Of a DNA stretch of 64,000 bases, positions 20,537-31,300 are shown one piece after another. Where the stretch lies: assembly GCA_963702205.1 (NCBI GenBank), contig OY969724.1, positions 608,001 through 672,000 of the forward strand, given 5' to 3'. How positions within the stretch are numbered: the stretch's first letter is position 1; each line of letters begins with the position of its first letter. The stretch comes from an uncultured candidate division Zixibacteria bacterium. GTDB taxonomy: Bacteria; Zixibacteria; MSB-5A5; GN15; PGXB01. The position numbers and the translations under genes were made by a program. The notes beneath the pieces are model-generated. The model did not search any database, was not told where the DNA came from, and saw only the letters and a list, made by a program, of their open reading frames with translations.

Positions 20537-21826
20537 ATGGACTATGGCTGCCTTTTGGATTTTTACTGCAATGGCCGGGAGAGCTTAACGGCTTTGAACG
20601 GCGACAGAATCGGACAATATCTGGGGATAAATCGCGGGGTGCTGGCGTTGTCGATTGCTCGTTTGGCCGATGCATTGGGCAACAGCATTCTCTTTATCGT
20701 AATTCCGCTCTACGTGGCACGCCTGCCGCATCCAGCTTTCGAGGTTCCTGTCCCGGTTCTGGTCGGGATTTTGATATCGATCTATGGTTTAATCAATTCG
20801 CTTTTGCAGCCTTTAACCGGGGCTTTGTGCGATCGTTTCGGAAGGCATAAGCGGTTTATACAGGTCGGCTTGGGCATGGTCGGCCTGGCGACGCTGTGTT
20901 ACGTATTCGCGAACCGGTATCTGGATCTGCTCGTGCTGAGAACGGTGCAGGGTATTGGGCTGGCGCTGACGGTTCCAGCCTCGATGGCGTTGATGTCGGT
21001 CATAACGAAACAGGAGACACGGGCCAGCTCGATGGGGGTTTATTCGACGCTCAGAATGATCGGATTCGCGGCGGGTCCGGTGATCGGTGGTTTTCTTCAG
21101 GTTCACTTCGGTTTTAACGCGGCCTTTTATTCCGGGGCGGCTTTCGTTTTTCTGGCGGTTGTACTGGTGCAACTGTGGATCAAGAATGTTCCGGTTGAGA
21201 CTGCGAAAAATGTCAAGCCGCGTTTCAGGATCATCGATCGCTCGCTTTTGAGCCCCGGAATACTTAGCGCCGGAGTGGCCACATTTCTTGCGGCTAATGC
21301 CTTTTCGATGGTTACCACGCTGGAAAACGAATTCAACGCCCGCCTGCACATGAACGCCTTCAGTTTTGGCATCGCTTTCAGCGGTTTGATGATCGGGCGG
21401 TTGTTGTCGCAGGTGCCTCTGGGCCGACTGTCCGACAGCATCGGCCGCCGTCCGCTGGTTATAATCGGATTGCTTTTGATGGCCCCGGCCACAATACTTT
21501 TAGGTGAGGCAACGTCGATGATGCAGTTGACAATCCTTCGCATCTCACAGGGGCTGGCCTCAGCCGCGGTGGTTGCTCCGGCTCTGGCAGTGGTGGCGGA
21601 CCTGTCCCGCGTCGACAGCGCCGGGCGGCAAATGAGTGTGGTGACGATGGGTTTCGGTCTGGGAATCGCAATCGGTCCGTTGATAGCCGGGGTGCTGGTG
21701 GTGGCGTTTTTCGACCTGCCTTTCATAGTGGCCGGAGCGATGTCTATTGTCGGGGCGTGGGTGGTATATCGCAAAATGCCGGAAACCGCCAAAGGCAAAG
21801 CGGGACCGGTGCATCTGCACCGTTAG
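20537..21826 (+). CDS. MFS transporter (DHA1-like); start uncertain
   Basis: About 12 hydrophobic segments; motif A GALCDRFGR and GRLSDSIGRR. Confidence 0.88.
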   Translation: MDYGCLLDFYCNGRESLTALNGDRIGQYLGINRGVLALSIARLADALGNSILFIVIPLYVARLPHPAFEVPVPVLVGILISIYGLINSLLQPLTGALCDRFGRHKRFIQVGLGMVGLATLCYVFANRYLDLLVLRTVQGIGLALTVPASMALMSVITKQETRASSMGVYSTLRMIGFAAGPVIGGFLQVHFGFNAAFYSGAAFVFLAVVLVQLWIKNVPVETAKNVKPRFRIIDRSLLSPGILSAGVATFLAANAFSMVTTLENEFNARLHMNAFSFGIAFSGLMIGRLLSQVPLGRLSDSIGRRPLVIIGLLLMAPATILLGEATSMMQLTILRISQGLASAAVVAPALAVVADLSRVDSAGRQMSVVTMGFGLGIAIGPLIAGVLVVAFFDLPFIVAGAMSIVGAWVVYRKMPETAKGKAGPVHLHR

Positions 21827-21835
21827 CGATATGTA

Positions 21836-23770
21836 CTAATCGCGATTGCGAAGAATGTTTATCAATCCACCGGCGAGGATTATTGCAACCTGCCGGGGAC
21901 TCATCTTGTGTTCGGTCTGATACGTTTCGTTCCTGGTTTTATTCATAACCTCAATGACTTTTCCTGACTGCATTGCTTCGCGGGCGTTTTTCAGGGACAG
22001 CACATCGTCCTGAGAAATCTTGTCGTAATCTGCGGCATTCTGGAATACCAGCGGTACGATTCCGAAGTTGACGAGGTTTTGAAGGTGTATCCGGGCGAAG
22101 CTTTTGACCAGCACGCACCTGACGCCGAGATATCGGGGAGCCAGCGCCGCATGCTCGCGGCTCGATCCCTGTCCGTAATTGTTGCCGCCGACTATGAAAG
22201 AACCGGTAGACTGGTATTTGCCCGCCCTGGCCGGATAGGTTTCGTCTATTTGCACGAAGACGAATTTACTGATGGCTTCGATATTGCTCCGGAACGGCAG
22301 CACTTTGCTGCCGGCAGGCATAATTTCATCGGTGGAGATGTCATCGCCGACTTTAAGCAGCGCCGGGCCCTCGAGGTTGTCGGATAATTCATCGAAGATC
22401 GGAAGTCTTTTGATATTCGGTCCTTTTTCCAGTTCGATTGCGGAACCGTCGTCGGCCGGAGCGAGGAGCATGTCGGTATTTATGATAATTTTCTCCGGTT
22501 CTTTGAATTCCGGGTAGGGCATACCGAGCGTGCGCGGATCGGTAATGACACCGGTCAGGGCCGAGGCCGCCGCCGTCTCGGGGCTGCACAGGTATACCGA
22601 ATCTTCTTTCGTGCCGGATCGTCCGGGGAAATTACGCGGGACGGTTCTCAGGCTGATTCTGCCGGTTGCCGGTGCCTGACCCATGCCGATACACCCGTTG
22701 CACCCGGCCTGGTGAATTCTGGCCCCGCCCCGGAGTAGTTTGGCAAGCAGTTTCATTTCCATGAGGTTTTCCTGAATCTGCCGTGACGATGGGTTGACAT
22801 CGAACGAGACTCGGTTGTGGGCCTGTTTGCCGTCGACAATCAAAGCCGCGATGGCGAAATCGCGTAGTCCGGGATTGGCCGACGAGCCGATCATGGCCTG
22901 GTAGATTTCTTTTCCGGCGACTTTTTTCACCGGGACGACGTTTCCGGGGCTGCTCGGCAGAGCAATCAGCGGTTCCAGCTTGCCCAGGTCGATTTCGTCG
23001 TGCTCGTCGTACTGCGCGCCATCGTCGGCCATAAGTTCAAGCCAGTCGTCTCCCCGACGCTGCTGTTTCATAAACCATTTGACGGCTTTGTCCGACGGGA
23101 AAACCGAGGTAGTCGCACCGAGTTCGGCGCCCATATTGGCGATAACATGGCGGTCCATCGCGGTAAGGTTATCTAATCCGGCTCCGTAGTATTCGATAAT
23201 TTTCCCGACCCCGCCGCTGACACCGTGGCGGCGCAGCATTTCCAGGATGATGTCTTTGGCGCTGACCCAATCCGGTAGTTTGCCGACCAGCCGCACGCCC
23301 ATAACTTTCGGCATATTAAAATAAAACGGTTCCCCGGCCATGGCCCGCGCCACTTCGAGCCCACCGGCACCGATGGCCAGCATCCCCAGTGCTCCCGCTC
23401 CGCAGGTGTGGCTGTCGGAACCGAGCAGGGTTTTTCCGGGAATGCCAAACCGCTCCATGTGCAGCGGGTGGCTGACGCCGTTGCCGGGGCGGCTGAACCA
23501 TACTCCGAATTTCCGGGCGGCGCTGCGCAGGAACAGGTGGTCGTCGGCGTTTTTAAAATCGGCCTGGACGAGGTTGTGATCGACATACTGCGCCGATAGT
23601 TCGGTCTTGACCCGTTTGAGGTTCATCGCTTCCAGTTCGAGCATGACCATGGTTCCGGTAGCGTCCTGAGTGAGGGTTTGGTCAATTTTGACGGCGATTT
23701 CGGTTCCGGCTTTCATCTCACCGGATACCAGATGGCTTCCAATCAGCTTTTGAGCGACATTATATTTCAT
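21836..23770 (-). CDS. Aconitate hydratase (short ~640-aa type)
   Basis: LTQDATGT, DHN, GSDSHT, IGSSANP, GCNGCIGMG, RTVPRNFPGRSG, ISTDEI, NYGQGSSREHAA. Confidence 0.92.
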   Translation of the reverse strand: MKYNVAQKLIGSHLVSGEMKAGTEIAVKIDQTLTQDATGTMVMLELEAMNLKRVKTELSAQYVDHNLVQADFKNADDHLFLRSAARKFGVWFSRPGNGVSHPLHMERFGIPGKTLLGSDSHTCGAGALGMLAIGAGGLEVARAMAGEPFYFNMPKVMGVRLVGKLPDWVSAKDIILEMLRRHGVSGGVGKIIEYYGAGLDNLTAMDRHVIANMGAELGATTSVFPSDKAVKWFMKQQRRGDDWLELMADDGAQYDEHDEIDLGKLEPLIALPSSPGNVVPVKKVAGKEIYQAMIGSSANPGLRDFAIAALIVDGKQAHNRVSFDVNPSSRQIQENLMEMKLLAKLLRGGARIHQAGCNGCIGMGQAPATGRISLRTVPRNFPGRSGTKEDSVYLCSPETAAASALTGVITDPRTLGMPYPEFKEPEKIIINTDMLLAPADDGSAIELEKGPNIKRLPIFDELSDNLEGPALLKVGDDISTDEIMPAGSKVLPFRSNIEAISKFVFVQIDETYPARAGKYQSTGSFIVGGNNYGQGSSREHAALAPRYLGVRCVLVKSFARIHLQNLVNFGIVPLVFQNAADYDKISQDDVLSLKNAREAMQSGKVIEVMNKTRNETYQTEHKMSPRQVAIILAGGLINILRNRD

Positions 23771-23999
23771 AATCAGAATTCTTTCATGAAATCGTTTTTC
23801 GTATTTATTGAAACGCCGGTTTATTGCCTCCGTTCCCCCGATGTGGTGAACACTGGCTTATAATGAAAGCTGAAAATAGATTCTCCCGGACCGGGCTTCA
23901 ATGCCGCTTGCTATTAATAAGCAGCGGCCGTGCCTTCTGGTAATTTCGACAGGCATCGGCCGCAATGTCCTCGGTTATATGAACTACAAAATGTAATTC

Positions 24000-24623
24000 T
24001 TATGATATAAAAATAAACCTGTCTTTGTGGGTCATACAAATGCCGCAACGATTGGGCGCTTCAGTATCGTACGTATTGCCACAGGTCGTGCAAACCGCAT
24101 ATGACCCGGACAACACGTCGTCCGAACCGGCCTGGATGGCGGCGAGGGCTTTGGTGTAGAGCATCTTGTGCACTTTTTCGGTTTCGTAGGCATAGTTGAG
24201 AGAAATGGCGGCGATACTGATTTTCGATGCCGACGCATTTTTCAGGAAGTCGGGATACATCGTGTCGACTTCGTAGGATTCGCCTTTGATGGCGTCTTCC
24301 AGATTCTCGACGGTCGTTTTAACCTCGAATTCCGGCGTGACTTCCGGGGGTTCTATGCCAAGCTGGGCCAGGACCGCCTGATGATTGGAGGCATGAATTC
24401 CCTCGGCTTTCGAGGCCGCCTCAAAAAGTTTGCTGACTTTGGTAAAGCCTTCTTCGGCGGCTTTGGCGGCGTAGGCCGCGTATTTGGCGCTGGCCGTCGT
24501 CTCACCCTCAAAGGCGGCTTTGAGATTATTAACGGTCAGTGTTCGTGCCGGATTGTCCTGCCCGAAAGCAAAGGCCGAAGCAAAAATGACCAGGGTCAAA
24601 ACCAGCGTGATTGTCTTAAACAT
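24000..24623 (-). CDS. Rubrerythrin-family protein with N-terminal signal peptide
   Basis: NLKAAFEGETTA, AEGIHA, GESYEVDTMYP, TEKVH di-iron motifs; C-terminal CTTCG...CGIC rubredoxin-like site; leader MFKTITLVLTLVIFASAFAFG. Confidence 0.88.
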   Translation of the reverse strand: MFKTITLVLTLVIFASAFAFGQDNPARTLTVNNLKAAFEGETTASAKYAAYAAKAAEEGFTKVSKLFEAASKAEGIHASNHQAVLAQLGIEPPEVTPEFEVKTTVENLEDAIKGESYEVDTMYPDFLKNASASKISIAAISLNYAYETEKVHKMLYTKALAAIQAGSDDVLSGSYAVCTTCGNTYDTEAPNRCGICMTHKDRFIFIS

Positions 24624-24673
24624 CGTTTCTTTCTCCCTTGTTATTGTTTACGAATTATTATTTTTCAAACCGA

Positions 24674-25189
24674 TCAGTCGTTTTCTTCAGCTTCTTTAAG
24701 CGGTTCTTCGAGCGCCGGAGAGGCGGCGTTTTGAGTGAAGGCGTTGCCAAAAGTCAGGTCGACCCCTGCGGCGTGGCGATAGACTAATTCACCGCCGTAG
24801 TACCCGGTTCTGGCGATGGTTCCCACACCGACCGCCAACAGAATGACCATGCCCAGTTTCAGCCACCCGGTCATGCGACCGGTGACCGCCAGAAGCGTGC
24901 GCAGTACCGCGAGAATCATCATGGTCCAGACGGCCACGACGGCAGAGTTTTCGTGGGTGTCAAGGGCCGTGCCGAGGGCGCCGAATGCCTCGATTCCCTC
25001 ACCGGCCAAATTGCCGGACAGGTAGGCTGCCAGAGTTCCGAGGCTGCCGAGTATAATTAAAAACAAACCGGCCGACGTGAAAAACTTCCATTTGGTCACC
25101 AGCCCGATCACATCCGAAAGGAATCCGACGATTACGAGGGCGATCGGGAAATGTACGATCATCGGGTGCAAGTGGTTATAATCTATCAA
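24674..25189 (-). CDS. DUF2231-type membrane protein
   Basis: HLHPMIVHFPIAL, THENSA, TGYYGGELVY; TTG start after GAGGAGGGAG RBS. Confidence 0.8.
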   Translation of the reverse strand: MIDYNHLHPMIVHFPIALVIVGFLSDVIGLVTKWKFFTSAGLFLIILGSLGTLAAYLSGNLAGEGIEAFGALGTALDTHENSAVVAVWTMMILAVLRTLLAVTGRMTGWLKLGMVILLAVGVGTIARTGYYGGELVYRHAAGVDLTFGNAFTQNAASPALEEPLKEAEEND

Positions 25190-25417
25190 ACTCCCTCCTC
25201 CGCTATCTTAATTGTGTTTGCCGAAATATAACAGTGACCGTATATAAAAATCCTATATGATTTTATGAACTGGCCTCAAATAATCCTCGCCGCTCAAATG
25301 TCCAAACGACACTTTTCCATTAATAAAGAGCTTTCTTTGTCCAATTTCGTTCATATTGACTCCAAAAAAGGAAATTTAATTCGATTGCAGTTTACTGATT
25401 TAAGATTAAAATAAGAG

Positions 25418-27853
25418 TTAGTCTCGAACGAACCATTTGATCACAGCCATTTTCAGAGCCTCGTTAATTACGAGACAGGAAACCATGGAATAGATAAAAG
25501 CGATCAAAGTCTGCCACCAGGGCAGGGCGGCGAGTCCGGGAAGCCCGGCGTATGTCAGAATCGTGCCGGCGGCGGCATCGGCTATGAGAGCAATAAGCAG
25601 GGTTCGGCTCGGTGCGGTTGCCCAGAACCAGCGGCGTTCCCGTATCGAAACAATGGAAAATATCGCCATGTAGAGCATTGTCAGGAAACTGAAGGAGTAG
25701 AGCGCGCTTTCGTTGGCGGCCAGTCCGAATCGTGACCAGCCGAAATACAACATAAGCAGGGCCTCAAGAACCATCGCGACGCCGATTACCACGGATACCG
25801 CGATATATCCTCCGATGTTCCAGGTTTCCGGTTTACCCGACGGATGCACGCGATCGGTGGCGAGTGCTATTTTCGCGGAATCGTTCATGGTGGTCAAAAG
25901 CAGCATGGCAAACGCGGAGATGATGAATTTCCCGGTGACGACATAAGCGACCGACACGAGCCCGGCTTTCAGGATCGAGCGGCTGATTTTATTGATTATC
26001 CAGGTTAAAATGCGCTGATATATGGTCCGGCCCTGCTGCACCAGTTCCACGATATTCGTCAGGCCCGGCGCAGTCAGGACGACGCTCGCCGCGCTCTTGG
26101 CGACGTCGGAGGCGGTACTTACGGCAATGCCGACTTCGGCCTGACGCAGAGCGGGAGCATCGTTGACACCATCGCCGGTCATGCCGGTGATATGTCCATC
26201 GGCCTGGAGTTTCTGCACGACAATGTATTTATCTTCGGGATATATCTCGGCCAGGCCGTCGACGCTGTCGATATAATCGACCGTATCGTTGTGGCCGGTA
26301 TCGCGTGCCGCCTTGAGATCCTCGGCGCGACCGATGTCGTTCAGGCCGACTCCGCGTGCGATATCCCTTGCAACCGCGAGGGCGTCGCCGGTGAGCATTT
26401 TCACCGCGACCCCGAGGCCGCGAAGGGTATTTATCAATTTCCCGGCGTCCGGCCGGAGTGGATCGTGCAACATCACGAGTCCAACCAGTTCCGGTTTGGC
26501 TGTTTCCAGCCCTCTTGCCACCGCCAGAGTTCTATATCCCTTCGACGCCGATTCATCGACGTTCTTTTCGAGCTCTTTGATTCGTTCGGGCGGAAGCTCG
26601 CAAAGCTGCGCGATAGTCTTGACGGCCCCTTTCATCACCCGAAGATGTTTTCCGTCTCGTTCGATTACGGCTTCGGTGCGACGGTTTTTGGCGTCGAACG
26701 GTGTAAACGAGATCGTTTTTGTATTGGGTTCGTTATCCAGAATGTGTTTCTCTTCCGCCGCCGCCAGAAACGCGAGGTCGATCGGGTCCTGGTTGGCTTC
26801 GCGGGAAGACAAAGCGCCGACGCGGAGCACGTCGGCTTCGGTGAAATTCCCCAGCGGAATCACGCCCGTTATGGTCAGCTGGTTCATGGTGATGGTACCG
26901 GTTTTGTCCGCACAGAGGACGTCCATGCTGGCGGCGTCCTCGGCGGCGCTCAGGCGCGTGACCAGGACTCCCCGTTTGGCCAGTTCTCTCGATCCGAGCG
27001 CCATGCTGACCGTAAACATAACCGGCAGTGCCACCGGTACGGCACTCAGCAGCAGGACAAGCAGGAGCGGGATAATATCCAGTAATGGTTCACCACGGAT
27101 TATGGATAGTACGATAACCGCCGCCAACAGGACACCGACGACAATAAAGAGCCAGCGCACCACGTTGGCCACGACGGCTTCGATATGAAGTTTCGGCCGG
27201 GCTTTCTGCACCAGTTCCGTAGTGCGGCCGAAATATGTATGTGCCCCGGTAAGTATAACGACCGCGGTGCCTTCCCCTCGTCGGACAACGGAACCCGATG
27301 AGAGCACGTCGCCGGGTCCTTTATCCACGTCGATCGATTCTCCGGTAAGGGCCGATTGATCCACGCTCGCGGCCCCGTCGAGGAGTCTTATATCGGCCGG
27401 AATTATATCGCCGGTGCGTATGCGGATGACGTCACCCGGAACCAGTTCGCGTGATGGAATAACCTGCCAGTTTCCCCCGCGCAGAACCCGCGCGCTGACC
27501 TGCAAGCGCTGTCGGAGCATTTCGACCACGCCGGCGGCGCGGCGTTCCTGGACGAAACTCACGACGGCGTTTACCATCATAAGGACACTGACGACAATCA
27601 GATCAGAACATTTGTGAAGCACGATCGACAGGATCAATATGAGTTCGAGCATCCATGCCGAGAGGCCCCAAAACTTCGAAAGGAAATCGAGAACGGGATG
27701 CCCCTTTTGCTCGGCGACTTCGTTATAGCCGTGCTCTTTCCGCAGGGCGGAGACCGTTTCCGGCGTGAGGCCGGTTGACGGGTCGACCTTAAGCTCGGCG
27801 AGCGCATCCTTAATAGGTGCTGACTCCATATCGGAAGGGGTATAGGTTGACAT
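25418..27853 (-). CDS. Plasma-membrane proton-efflux P-type ATPase (type IIIA)
   Basis: DQSALTGES, VPVALP, DKTGT, QDPID, MLTGD, GDGVNDAPAL, TM6 Asp in TTMND. Confidence 0.9.
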   Translation of the reverse strand: MSTYTPSDMESAPIKDALAELKVDPSTGLTPETVSALRKEHGYNEVAEQKGHPVLDFLSKFWGLSAWMLELILILSIVLHKCSDLIVVSVLMMVNAVVSFVQERRAAGVVEMLRQRLQVSARVLRGGNWQVIPSRELVPGDVIRIRTGDIIPADIRLLDGAASVDQSALTGESIDVDKGPGDVLSSGSVVRRGEGTAVVILTGAHTYFGRTTELVQKARPKLHIEAVVANVVRWLFIVVGVLLAAVIVLSIIRGEPLLDIIPLLLVLLLSAVPVALPVMFTVSMALGSRELAKRGVLVTRLSAAEDAASMDVLCADKTGTITMNQLTITGVIPLGNFTEADVLRVGALSSREANQDPIDLAFLAAAEEKHILDNEPNTKTISFTPFDAKNRRTEAVIERDGKHLRVMKGAVKTIAQLCELPPERIKELEKNVDESASKGYRTLAVARGLETAKPELVGLVMLHDPLRPDAGKLINTLRGLGVAVKMLTGDALAVARDIARGVGLNDIGRAEDLKAARDTGHNDTVDYIDSVDGLAEIYPEDKYIVVQKLQADGHITGMTGDGVNDAPALRQAEVGIAVSTASDVAKSAASVVLTAPGLTNIVELVQQGRTIYQRILTWIINKISRSILKAGLVSVAYVVTGKFIISAFAMLLLTTMNDSAKIALATDRVHPSGKPETWNIGGYIAVSVVIGVAMVLEALLMLYFGWSRFGLAANESALYSFSFLTMLYMAIFSIVSIRERRWFWATAPSRTLLIALIADAAAGTILTYAGLPGLAALPWWQTLIAFIYSMVSCLVINEALKMAVIKWFVRD

Positions 27854-27893
27854 ATGGTATTATATTACATGATTCAAATTAGATTAAAATAAT

Positions 27894-27922
27894 AAAAAAA
27901 AGGGAGCCGGACGCCCCCTTTT
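27894..27922 (-). terminator. Probable intrinsic terminator after the 27957-28259 gene
   Basis: Minus strand GAAAAGGGGGCGTCCGGCTCCCTTTTTTTT: GC stem followed by a U tract. Confidence 0.55.
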
Positions 27923-27956
27923 CATCAGGTTTCGTGCACTTTTAAATTCCAGTGTA

Positions 27957-28259
27957 TCAATCAATGATTTCATAAATTTCGCGCCCGCCGGTAATATACA
28001 TCCCGGTGTATTTGGACATTTCCTCCTTTGTTGCGGCATCAATATTCGGTCCCATATCGCCGGATTTATACCGGTTCATTTCTTCTTCGTATTCTGCCAG
28101 GTTCTTTACGGACATTTCCATAACAACGGTGTTATAATCCCCGATCATATCGGTCATGACCCTTACTCTGGAATCCGTACTGAAGACCTTTTTAAACAGC
28201 CTCGCGAGTTTGGATGCCTGTCCGGGCCTTGCCGTAAATTTGTCGCGTACAATCAGCAT
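27957..28259 (-). CDS. Small hypothetical protein, possibly NIPSNAP/dimeric alpha-beta barrel-like
   Basis: 100 aa, GGAGG RBS; VRDKFTARPGQA...RVMTD..GDYNTVVME...GGREIYEI pattern. Confidence 0.65.
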   Translation of the reverse strand: MLIVRDKFTARPGQASKLARLFKKVFSTDSRVRVMTDMIGDYNTVVMEMSVKNLAEYEEEMNRYKSGDMGPNIDAATKEEMSKYTGMYITGGREIYEIID

Positions 28260-28325
28260 GCTGTGCCTCCGTTTCTATATTGTTAAATAAGTGCGGTATT
28301 TTCACGAAAACTCCCGCGACGCCAA

Positions 28326-31300
28326 CTACTCGCTTGAACCGCCGGCCGGGGATGCCGCCGCGGTTTCCATCACGGCTTGTTCTTCGTTTTTGCGCTGAGC
28401 TCCGTTTTTGGTATAGCGGGCCAGAAGCGTATATACGGTCGGCACCAGGACCAATGTGAGAAAAGTCGAGAAAATCATGCCGCCCACGACGGCGATACCC
28501 AGTGGTCGCCGGGATTCCGCCCCGGCCCCGATTCCGATCGCTATCGGAAGTACCCCGAATATGGTCGCGAATGACGTCATAAGAATCGGTCGCAGTCTCG
28601 TGCGTGAGGCCTCGATCACGGCGTCGAACAGGTCTTTGCCTCGCGCCCGAAGCTGATTGGCGAATTCGACTATAAGGATGGAGCTCTTGGTGACCAGCCC
28701 GACCAACATGATCAGGCCAATCTGGGAGTAGATGTTCATGGTTTGTCCTAAAACGAACAGCGATACCAGCGCTCCCACCAGTGCCAGCGGCACCGACAGG
28801 AGAATCGTAAACGGGTGTATGAAACTTTCGAACTGGGCCGCCAGAACCAGATAAATGAACAGCAGCGCGAACAGGAACAGATAGTACAGAGAGCTGCTCG
28901 ATTCGCGGTATTCCTGCGACATGCCCGAAAGTTCGTGCGTGATGCCCGAAGGCAGTTGGTCGTTGGCGATTTTATCGAGGTCGGTCAGTGCCTGTCCGAT
29001 ACTCACACCCGGAGCCAGCGAAGCCGAGATGGTCGCCGAGCGCACGCGGTTGAAGTGGTTCAACTCTTTCGGTGCGACGGTTTCGTGCACGTCGACGACG
29101 TTGGCCAGTTGCACGAGGCCGCCGGTGCCGCGGACATAGATATCGTTAATGGTCGACGGCGTCGACCGGTCGCGCGGCCGCATCTGGGTGATGACGTCGT
29201 ATTGTTTGGCGCCGCGTTTGAAATTGGACACGACCCGACCGCCCAGCATGGTTTCGATGGTCGAACCTATTTCCGAAACCGTAATGCCGATTTGTGCGGC
29301 CCGAACGCGGTCTATGGTCAGGTCGAGTTGTGGCTTATTTAATTTGAGGTCGGTATCGAGGTTGACGAGATATCCCAGTTTCTTGGCCCCGGCCATCATG
29401 ATGCCGACGGCCTTTTGAAGTTCTTCATAGGAACTTGCCTGAAGGACGTACTGGACCGGGTTGGAAAAGCCCTGGCCCAGACTCGGCGGGTTTATTACGA
29501 AAGCCATGACGCCGGGAATCGATATGAGCGGGAAAAACAGCGATTGTACTATCTCCTGCTGTGATCTCTTGCGTTCGCTTTGCGGTTTCAAACGCATAAA
29601 GACGAAACCGTTGGTGACACGCCCCGGACCACCGAATCCGAGACCGGTCGCGGTGAACAGGCCTTCGCATTCCGGCACCGACAGCAGGATGTGTTCAATC
29701 TGCCGCATGTAGCGGTCGGTGTAAGCCAAAGTCGATCCCTCGGGGGCGGTCACGATGCCGAAGCCGAGACCTCTGTCTTCGGTCGGCACCAGTTCGCTGG
29801 GGATTACTTTAAGCAGCCCGAGGCTTATCACGACGATCAGCGCCGAGCCGGCCACGACCAGCCAGCGTTTTTTCAATGTGACGCGGAGGATTTTTTCGTA
29901 AGTGCGGTCCATCCAGTCGAAAAAGGCATCGAACGAGCGGTTGGCCCAGCTTTTACTTTCACCGTGAAGTGGCCGCAATATCAGTGAACAGAGCATCGGC
30001 GTTAGAGTCAGAGCGACAAAACCCGAAATCAACACCGCTACTGCGACCGAAATGCCGAATTCCCTAAACAGCCGGCCGACGTCGCCGGTCAGAAACGATA
30101 ATGGCACAAATACCGCCACGAGTGAAATGGTCGTGGCCAGAATGGCGAAACCGATTTCGCTGGCACCGTCCATGGCTGCCCGGAACCGGGTTTTACCCAT
30201 CTGCAGGTGACGATAGACGTTTTCGAGCATAACTATAGCGTCGTCGACAACCAGCCCGATAGCCAGCACAAGGGCTAACAACGTCAGAATATTGATCGTG
30301 TATCCGGCGACGTACACGATGACAAAAGTACCGATAATAGACGTCGGAATCGCGAAAGTCGGAATGATCGTGGCCCGGAAGCTCTTGAGGAAGAGCAAAA
30401 TAACCAGGACCACCAGAATCACCGCGATGATAATAGTGTTGCGAACTTCGGTAATGGAATCTTTGATAAATATCGCCGAGTTATAGGCTATATCAAGCTT
30501 GGCGCCCGGAGGCAGAATCTTGCGCAGGTCCGGAAGCGCATTCTCGACGGCATTGGCCACGTCGATAGTACTGGCCTCGGATTGCTTGATAATACCGAGA
30601 CCGAGCGCTTCTTTGCCGTTCCACCGCACGGCCGTACGATCGTCTTCGGCGCCGAGTTCGACAGTGGCGACGTCACCCAGCCGGACAATTTCACCGCCGC
30701 TTTCTTTTACTATCAGGGCCGAGAATTCCTCGGGAGTATCGACCTCACCCCGGGTCCGCACCGAAAACTCACGACCGGTGCCTTCGATTCGCCCGCCCGG
30801 AATTTCCGCGTTTTCGCGGGTGATGGCCGATTCGACGTCGGTCGTGGTCAGACCATGGGCCGCCATCCGCTGGGGATCGAGCCATACTCTCATGGCGAAT
30901 TTGCGCTGGCCGCCGAGGAACACGGACGCGATGCCCGGCAGGCGCAACAACCGCTGCTTGAGGACGCGATCGCCGAAATCGGAAAGCTCGAGGTTGGAAT
31001 AGCCGCCGCCATAAAGGGCCATCCAGATAATCGGCTGGGCGTTGACGTCCACTTTCTGTATGACCGGATCGTCGGCGTCGCGGGGCAGATTCCCCTGAAT
31101 CCGCGCGACCTTGGCGCGTACGTCGTTGGCGGCTTCATCGACATTCCGCCCGAGATTGAACTCCATTGTGATCGACGAGCCCTGCTCCTGGCTCGATGAC
31201 GTAATCGTCTTGACGCCTTCGATCGTTGCGAGCTCTTCTTCGAGGACGTCGGTTATTTCCGTCTCAACGATATTGGGGCTCGCACCGCGATAGAACGTAT

